A DNA stretch of 64,000 bases, taken from IMG/VR virus record IMGVR_UViG_3300004807_000018, positions 18,170 to 82,169 of that record. One strand, given 5' to 3'. Source of the stretch: a virus. Positions 57,564 through 64,000 of the stretch are shown here, one piece after another. The translations under genes were made by a program, and so were the position numbers. Each line of letters begins with the position of its first letter. Positions within the stretch are counted from its first letter, which is position 1. Under the pieces are notes generated by a model. That model had not been told where the DNA came from. It did not search any database and saw only the letters and a list, made by a program, of their open reading frames with translations.

Positions 57564-58296
57564 ACAAGGTTAGTTGGTTTGGTTTTGTAGTCCTGATGCT
57601 TTCCACGGGAGTACTCGGAGGCGTAATTGCTGCCGTGATCATCTTTGCCGGTTTCGATGAAGCGGCAAGTCGTGCGTTTCGCGAAACGGTTGCTGCGAAA
57701 AGCGCTCCAGTAGCGCCAACTAAGCAAACGCGCACCTGGTGGGTTGGCGCGACGATGGATGAGGTGCTTTCGATAGAAGGCACACCGACCGAACAGTTCT
57801 ATTCAGACGGAGAGATGACCGGTTGGAGGTACGGGAATTACCCTCAGTCGGCCTTTGTCGTGTTTAGGAACGGTCGCGTAAATACCTTTGACAACCATGC
57901 GGGCATCCTGCACGTCAAAGCCCCGATTGGATCCACAGCGGGGAGGCACAAGTAATGTCGAACCGTACAAAGCTTTTCTGGACCAACGTGTTCATCGCTG
58001 TTGCGGCGACTATCGCCGTCTACAACCTCGTATCGGTGGTCCTGAAGCGCAGCCACGATCCTAACATTGGCCCTTGCTTGATCAGGTCCACGCCTGATGG
58101 CTCGGACATGTCCATCAGCAACTGCGCGATCGAAGTAGTGAAGGGCGCTCCTCAAGGCGAAGTGCGTTACCACCTTGGCAGTACGGATGGCAGCAGTCCC
58201 GTGTCCATCGCGATCGACAGAGCAAACGTCGATATTCTCGATAGCCCCAAAGCGGCTTTACGCGCCGGAGAAACCCTCAGGAGCCTAGAAAAGTGA
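57560..58296 (+). CDS. Two N-terminally anchored membrane proteins (57560..57955, 57955..58296)
   Basis: N-terminal TM segments; the first has an SmpA-like VGATMDEVLSIEGTP motif. Confidence 0.55.
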
Positions 58297-58976
58297 GCAC
58301 TTCTGGATGGGTTGGGGTGGACCTCGATGGCACGCTTGCGCACTACGGCGGTTGGACTGGTGGGATTGGCGAGCCGATCCAGCCCATGGTCGAACTCGTG
58401 AAGAAGCTACTTGCCGAAGGCACTGAGGTTCGTATCTTCACGGCGCGGGTAGCAGCCACCGGCCTTGACGTCCCTGGAGTGGGCGAGACGCTGTTCAACC
58501 AGGTCGCGGAACAAACCAGGCTGATCCAGGACTGGTGTGAAAAGCACATCGGCCAGCGATTGCATGTCACGGCGACGAAGGATTTCGCGTGCATCCAGAT
58601 CTACGACGACCGAGCGATTCAAGTCGAGTTCAACACGGGACGGATCGTAAACGACGTGGTTGGAACTCAACGCAACGCGTTGCACGAGTTCGTGAATGCT
58701 GCGTCCAGGGCTGCCAAAAGCAACGAACTCAAAGACCTGGTTCGGATGTGGACAGAGCTAGGAATCAAGCATCAGGTTCCATCGATGGTGCTCCGTAAGG
58801 GCCAGATCTGGGTCAGCCGCATTGGTACGGTCAGCATCGAGATCGCAGGCCTAGAGCCCGGGACAAGTGATACGTGGGGCTGCCGGGTGCTGGGATCCGG
58901 TCACATGACGCGAATGTCAGGTGTGTACATCCTGAGCGCCTACAGTTTGAAGCCTAAGGAGAGCGCCACTTGCTGA
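58293..58976 (+). CDS. HAD-superfamily phosphatase (PNK-phosphatase-like)
   Basis: GVDLDGTLA, IFTAR, K and YDDRA motifs. Confidence 0.8.
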   Translation: MSTSGWVGVDLDGTLAHYGGWTGGIGEPIQPMVELVKKLLAEGTEVRIFTARVAATGLDVPGVGETLFNQVAEQTRLIQDWCEKHIGQRLHVTATKDFACIQIYDDRAIQVEFNTGRIVNDVVGTQRNALHEFVNAASRAAKSNELKDLVRMWTELGIKHQVPSMVLRKGQIWVSRIGTVSIEIAGLEPGTSDTWGCRVLGSGHMTRMSGVYILSAYSLKPKESATC

Positions 58977-59366
58977 CAACGATCACACGGGCGTTCATGT
59001 GGCTGATCCTATGGATCTGGCTTGTGCCTGCCGCCAAAGTCCTTGAGGTCTTTGGGTTCTCAAGTGTTCTTGCCATCGCTTGCGACGTCAGCGACGACGA
59101 CACCGAAACGGCCTACGCCGTCACTGGTCGCGAGCACCTGCTTGTTGAGTTGCTCGAAGAGCAATTGAAAGTCCTAAGACAGGCGGTGAATTCCTGATGG
59201 CAGCTCCTAACCTCTTCCACGTTGACGAGCGGCTCATTGAGGGTCAAGTCACGATCGACCGCGAGACCGGTCGGTGGGTGCTCGACTGCAAAGGCACGGG
59301 AAGGACATACGCATGAGCAACGCGTGGCCAAAGCTCCCGATGCTCTTTCAGGAGGCTGGTTAGACC

Positions 59367-59765
59367 TTGGGTTCGGTGCCTCCACACGTCGAGGTGCTTG
59401 CGCTTGACCCTGCTGGGGTCAAGCGGGCTCTTTCGTTGCGGTCTGCTGAAGAGGCGCGTAAACTATGGCTCGATCCGACGTTTCCGGGTATCGAGGATGG
59501 TTCGCGCCAACTGGTAGACGCTGACGACCTCAGGGACTGGTGGAAACGGCGAAAGGATCAACTTCGAGCGAAGCGCCATGCCTCCGAAAAAGCCGTCCAA
59601 GCCCCGGAAGCCGAACCTCTCAAGGAAGAACCGCAAAGAGATCAAGCGGTTGGTAACGCTGGCGGACGGCTCGACTATTCGCAAGTCATATTACGGCGAG
59701 ACGGAACAAGAAGCGGAGTCAAAGTGGCGCGAGGAGACAGGGCAGCTTCCGCTACAAGGCGATGA
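59367..59765 (+). CDS. Excisionase-like HTH protein
   Basis: FP.I..G.R.LV...DL.DW pattern; immediately upstream of and overlapping int. Confidence 0.55.
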   Translation: MGSVPPHVEVLALDPAGVKRALSLRSAEEARKLWLDPTFPGIEDGSRQLVDADDLRDWWKRRKDQLRAKRHASEKAVQAPEAEPLKEEPQRDQAVGNAGGRLDYSQVILRRDGTRSGVKVARGDRAASATRR

Positions 59766-60954
59766 CCCAGGCGATATACCCGGCTCGTTCGCTTGGGTCT
59801 TCTTCAACAAGCTGTTTCCCCTCAAAGTTGGGCTTCGAGATCGATCCATCGAAGACATCCAAACCACCCTTCGGCACGTGCTTCCGCTTCTCGGCACCAC
59901 TCAAGTTTCCCAAATCGACGCAGTCGTAGTCGCCACAACCTGCAACGCGATCGGCTCGAAGATGATCCTCAAGAACCCACGGGCCAAAGACCGCGAGAAG
60001 CATCCTGAAAAGTGGGTCCCCATCAGCGCACGGACCGTCAACAAGTGCAGAGCTCTCATCCTTGAGGTGATGGGAGTGGCCGCAGAAGAGTTTCCACAAA
60101 AGGTCAGGCCCATCACCTCAAAGAGGATCAAGACAAAGAAAGATCCCCCAAAGCGCATTACGATCTACACGCCTCAAATGCTGCGGAGGCTCTATCTGCA
60201 CTCACAGGGACGCGTCTGCGCTCCAGCAGTACTGCTCTATGGATTCTGCGGGCTTCGGCTTCGCGAAGGAGCCGCAGCACATTCTTCATCGCTTACGGAA
60301 AGCGGCAACCTCCGTGTGGAGACGCAGCAAGTCAAAGACAAAAAGCAGACCACGAAAGACTTGAAGTCGGCCAGCAGCTACCGTGTGATACCTCTACCTA
60401 GTGGCGTCCACGAAGAGATGAAGAAGTTCGCGGATCCACCCGGTCCCTTGATTCGTTCGCTCGAGCGAAAGAACAATCTAGGAGGGGACCACGTGCGCGC
60501 CGCGGGCATTGCAGCCTCTCTTACAAGGGCGATGGTTTCCGCTGGACTTCCTGTCGTGAGCACGCACAAGTTACGCCATGCGTTCAGCACATGGCTCGAA
60601 TCGAACGGCTGTCCTCGCAGCGTCCGAAGGGAACTCATGGGGCACGGCGAATCTTCGATCGACGACACGTACAATCACCCCGGCGATGCGGTCATTCGCA
60701 TGTGGCTTGACCGGCTTTGGCAAGCCTCGATGGAACCCGACACCCAGACCTACGCAACTCCGACACGCAAGAGACGCAAGATGTCTCGCCCAGCCGCAGA
60801 AAACCCACGCGCAAAACTCTCTCCAGACCAGGTCAAGGAAATCCGCAACCGTATCGGAAACGAGACAATTGGGTCGATTGCGCGGGCCTTCGGAGTCAGC
60901 CCAAAGGCTATCAGAAACATCCGAGACGGCAAGGCTTGGACCAATTTGTCGTAA
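59578..60954 (+). CDS. int: Tyrosine integrase with extra C-terminal HTH
   Basis: RKSYYG.TE.EA arm-binding domain; GLRLRE, K, HKLRH, LMGH and Y catalytic motifs; AKLS..QV.EIR......IARAFGVS...I.NIR.GKAW tail. Confidence 0.93.
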   Translation: MPPKKPSKPRKPNLSRKNRKEIKRLVTLADGSTIRKSYYGETEQEAESKWREETGQLPLQGDDPGDIPGSFAWVFFNKLFPLKVGLRDRSIEDIQTTLRHVLPLLGTTQVSQIDAVVVATTCNAIGSKMILKNPRAKDREKHPEKWVPISARTVNKCRALILEVMGVAAEEFPQKVRPITSKRIKTKKDPPKRITIYTPQMLRRLYLHSQGRVCAPAVLLYGFCGLRLREGAAAHSSSLTESGNLRVETQQVKDKKQTTKDLKSASSYRVIPLPSGVHEEMKKFADPPGPLIRSLERKNNLGGDHVRAAGIAASLTRAMVSAGLPVVSTHKLRHAFSTWLESNGCPRSVRRELMGHGESSIDDTYNHPGDAVIRMWLDRLWQASMEPDTQTYATPTRKRRKMSRPAAENPRAKLSPDQVKEIRNRIGNETIGSIARAFGVSPKAIRNIRDGKAWTNLS

Positions 60955-61170
60955 ATGTTTACGACAAGCTTGTTGCGAGTCCCTGGCGTTAAGAAAATGC
61001 TCAGGTTCAAAATTGCTGGAGCGGGAGACGGGACTCGAACCCGCGACAGCCTGCTTGGGAAGCAGGCAACCGTGCAACTATTTAGGTTCACTTTGCAGGT
61101 AGACAGACTCGCTCAGTAACCCATTAGCTTGAATCTGAGATGGTGTTTACGACAAATGTTTACGACAAGC
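60946..61170. mobile_element. attP: tRNA-Gly(CCC) 3'-half core (61017-61067, minus strand) flanked by arm-type repeats
   Basis: Minus strand CCTGC-TTCCCAA-GCAGG..GCGGG-TTCGAGT-CCCGT-CTCCCGC-TCCA with no 5' half. TGTTTACGACAA at 60956, 61144 and 61157, plus an inverted 10-bp copy at 60946. Confidence 0.85.
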
Positions 61171-61264
61171 CCTCGGATGGTCCCGGCTAGTTCACCAACT
61201 GACAATTTTGATGCACACACATAAAATTGTGTTAATTATACGCGATATCGTGTATAATTAGGAC

Positions 61265-61836
61265 ATGGTTTCACCAATCACCCCAGCCACGGGCTCAGGC
61301 CCGCTCTTCCCAGTAGGCACTCTCGTGCTGAACTTTGGCCAACTCGGCAAGGTTGAAGAGGTCTGCGATAACGGTGACCTCATCCTGTGTTCGGTCGGTC
61401 TATCGGGCGACTGGTCAAAGTGGCGGGCATCGGCCAGCAAGTGCGTGGCGTTGCCCAGCGCCGAGACCACCGTTCGCCATGCCGAGGGCCTGGTTGAGTT
61501 TTGGGTGAGCGCGTGAAGTGCTCAGCCATTCGCCCCGGCGATGTCGTTGATTTTGGGAGCGGGGCCAAGGTCGCGGTATCGCCAGCCCGAATCTTCGTTG
61601 GCAAAGCCTATTCGATGGGGCGTAGGTGGGATGTCTACGGTATCGATCTCACCCTTTCGGAACCCAAGAAGGACAAGCAAGGGCGGTATAAGGTGGACCG
61701 CTGCGGACACGAGCCATACGCCATCCAGTGCGATTTGACGCTAGGCACCGATGAGGTAAGTCCGCACATCAGTGTGAAGCGTGACGGCATCGAGATGAAT
61801 CGCCACGGCTACGCTGATGCGGGAGCCTACATCTAA
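61265..61836 (+). CDS. Two small hypothetical genes (61265..61516, ~61513..61836)
   Basis: Follow a TATAAT-containing palindrome; GTGA overlap. Confidence 0.5.
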
Positions 61837-61856
61837 GGGATGGCTCCAGCCAAAAG

Positions 61857-62732
61857 CTACTGGCTGGAGCGCGTGAGCGTCAGCGTGGCACCTGCCGGAT
61901 AGGTGCCTGTCGCCTCGATCAGAAAGATGGTGATTCGGTCAGTCGGAACTCCCTGGTCACCTCGTTTCAACTTCCCAACGAGTGCCGGCGTCGGGTTCCA
62001 CTCGATCCACCCTTTGCCCGCGAGATTGTTGTTGTCTCGGTCGCGAAGCATGAACGACCCTCGGGTCCAAACCCTGGCACCCTCGAAGGTGTAGGTCTTG
62101 CCAAACACGGTCATCTTGCCCGTCATTGTTCGCCTGGATCGATCGCCCGTCTCGTCGACCACAAGGGAGTCATGGGCATCTGAATAGGTCCCGTTGATGT
62201 TGATCGCAGGCGACTTCCCGATATAGTAGATGTCGTCACGATAAGCAGTCTGTCCACCAGCATTCCGAAGGTTCAGGCTCAGCACTCCTCGCGAAGCGCC
62301 TGGCGTGATCCGCACCTGACCGGTGTCCGACTCGGTCTCGGGCCGTGGAATAAAGGGCAGCGGGAATGCAGTCCCGAGCAGTGTGCAAGTCGTGGGATTG
62401 AACCCCTTTAACTCATTGGCTGAAAGCCACGAAGCACAATCCGCCTGCCGGTCATTCGGCAGGGAGCCATGGCCAAAAGGGTTATTCCACCCGCAGATCA
62501 TGGTCGTGGAGCTGTCGAATAGACCGTAGTAGCCGCCATTGTCGACGGACTGGAGACTAAACAGACTGAAGTGCCTTCCCTTCACTGTCGCCCAGATCTC
62601 GAACGGCGCTGCAATCACGAACGTGTTGTAGTCACGATCAGCCCAAAGTCCGTTGAGCCCCGGATCCATGGGTTGGGGCGTCTGGCACACCACAGCAGCG
62701 GCAAGCATTGCAATCATGTGAAAGTTATACAT
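61857..62732 (-). CDS. Exported hypothetical protein
   Basis: Short hydrophobic N-terminus; beta-rich body. Confidence 0.6.
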   Translation of the reverse strand: MYNFHMIAMLAAAVVCQTPQPMDPGLNGLWADRDYNTFVIAAPFEIWATVKGRHFSLFSLQSVDNGGYYGLFDSSTTMICGWNNPFGHGSLPNDRQADCASWLSANELKGFNPTTCTLLGTAFPLPFIPRPETESDTGQVRITPGASRGVLSLNLRNAGGQTAYRDDIYYIGKSPAININGTYSDAHDSLVVDETGDRSRRTMTGKMTVFGKTYTFEGARVWTRGSFMLRDRDNNNLAGKGWIEWNPTPALVGKLKRGDQGVPTDRITIFLIEATGTYPAGATLTLTRSSQ

Positions 62733-63361
62733 CAGCCGAGGTCCTTATTCGAAAAGGGGATGTGGGCAGGAGAAGGAAAATTGTCCAGCGATGCAAGCTG
62801 ATCAAACTCAAGGAATGTCGGATTGAGCCCAGGCGTCCGCTTTATGACAACCTTGGACATTGTGTCTTCCCAACCCTTCGGTAGACCGAGGAACTTCACG
62901 AGAGCGCCTGCAAATCCTAGAGGTTCTCGAATCATGTCTTCGAACCACAGACATCTGACGTTGCGCACGCCTACGCTCCGCATGCATTCCCGCGTAGCGA
63001 GGCCAATGTCCCTCTCAAGAGACCGAACCAGTCTGTCTTGCGTCCCCACAGAGTTGAAAGCCCCTGGAAACGATTGCTGCAGGAAACGCACGTGAGATTG
63101 CGCCTGGATCGTCGCGTTCCGAGTCATGAGGATCACCTGCGACTGAGGCGCAAATTGCAGTCCTGGGCGCTTTTGCGGATCCAAAACCTTGATGGCTTGA
63201 CCGCCGAAGTCTCGAAAGTCGGATCGACCAAGATTCATCTCTTCGGGCTCGAAGTCTGGCCAATCGCCCGCACAAGGGATTCCGACCGAGTGCAGCATCT
63301 GCATCACGCAAGACATACCGCACCGGCCTAGGCCAGCCACTACGATGCTTGGGGCGCTCAT
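62732..63361 (-). CDS. Sulfotransferase-like P-loop protein
   Basis: IVVAGLGRCGMS..MQML...G (PAPS loop like G.PRSGTS), VI.M.R.....A.S, FED.I.EP......L..FL. Confidence 0.7.
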   Translation of the reverse strand: MSAPSIVVAGLGRCGMSCVMQMLHSVGIPCAGDWPDFEPEEMNLGRSDFRDFGGQAIKVLDPQKRPGLQFAPQSQVILMTRNATIQAQSHVRFLQQSFPGAFNSVGTQDRLVRSLERDIGLATRECMRSVGVRNVRCLWFEDMIREPLGFAGALVKFLGLPKGWEDTMSKVVIKRTPGLNPTFLEFDQLASLDNFPSPAHIPFSNKDLG

Positions 63362-63651
63362 TGCTGAACTCTCCCGTGGTCGTTGCTGGCAGGCGTCGAC
63401 GGAGCCAACGTAGGCAAACCCGCCGAGGTGACCGAACAGTTCATGAACGCCAGATCCCTTACCGCGAAAACCTTCGCTATGACGCCATTTTGATCGTCTC
63501 TCAAGGCGTACAAGCCGTCCTTGACCTGGTGAACTTCAATAGTGGGATCCTGCCTTCCGTGGATCCGACCTCTCTGTTGCCCAAATGGAAGCAAGTAAGC
63601 CACCAGTCCTGCACACAGCGCGGCAATCGCCGATTGCAATATGCGGTTCAT
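63358..63651 (-). CDS. Small membrane protein
   Basis: MNRILQSAIAALCAGLVAYLLP; AGGAG SD. Confidence 0.5.
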   Translation of the reverse strand: MNRILQSAIAALCAGLVAYLLPFGQQRGRIHGRQDPTIEVHQVKDGLYALRDDQNGVIAKVFAVRDLAFMNCSVTSAGLPTLAPSTPASNDHGRVQQ

Positions 63652-63839
63652 GCATTCTCCTTTTTCGGGCCCAGGTCGATGCCCTTGCTCGCGGCAAACT
63701 CGGCGACGGCCATGTCTACGAGCTCCGACTGAGTCACGTCCCGGTGCTGCTCGGCGCTGAGAACACGCTTCAGTTGGTTGATCGTCGTCCGGGTCTTTTC
63801 TGTGACCCGGATGAGCATCTGAATGCGCCTGAGACTCAT
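63648..63839 (-). CDS. Ribbon-helix-helix-like protein
   Basis: MLIRVTEKTR..I..L.......VTQSELVD.AV. Confidence 0.55.
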   Translation of the reverse strand: MSLRRIQMLIRVTEKTRTTINQLKRVLSAEQHRDVTQSELVDMAVAEFAASKGIDLGPKKENA

Positions 63840-64000
63840 CAGGCAATTCCTTCCGTGAACGCCTCAATGAGTTGGGGCAGAGCTGAGTCAAACCCTACAA
63901 CCTGAAGGCAATCCTCGGACTGAGGCATCGAAGTCGTCCGGGATGCAGTCATCGACGCAACCACGCACTTTGCCGAAGGCACGGCACTCTTGTAGCGGGT

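Noticed and set aside
61017-61090. Complete tRNA-Gly gene
   Set aside because: The acceptor 5' strand and D arm are absent; only the anticodon-to-CCA part is present, consistent with an att core.

Overview
The window is most of a temperate, HK97-type tailed (siphovirus-like) phage genome of roughly 58% GC (estimated by eye). It appears to be in its unintegrated form: an attP-like site (3' half of tRNA-Gly CCC plus arm repeats) has phage genes on both sides. The minus strand from about 29.3 kb to 1 carries the late operon: tRNA(CAT), lysis genes, a DNase II, terminase, portal, a ferritin-like protein, protease, capsid, neck and tail genes, a -1 frameshifting tail chaperone, tape measure and tail-tip genes. 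An antirepressor moron interrupts it at 2.6-7.2 kb. 29.5-34.4 kb is a plus-strand run of hypothetical genes. 34.5-47 kb (minus) holds DnaB, the replication initiator with iterons, RusA, four tandem DNA methyltransferase-family genes, an HNH gene and a cro-like gene. 47.2-61 kb (plus) holds the repressor, a recombination module (AAA ATPase, RecT, MBL nuclease, Pif1), accessory genes, xis and int. The most unusual feature is a ~420 bp block (5.18-5.62 kb) just upstream of a DinD/Bro-type antirepressor. It is bracketed by 19-bp direct repeats and packed with DNA palindromes. Four of them translate into alternative versions of the short variable segment of DinD- and AntA-type antirepressor domains, and the two DinD-type copies share the geometry of the palindrome inside the expressed gene. 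This is a candidate silent-cassette library or decoy-site array. All family assignments come from motif recognition by eye; no database searches were run.
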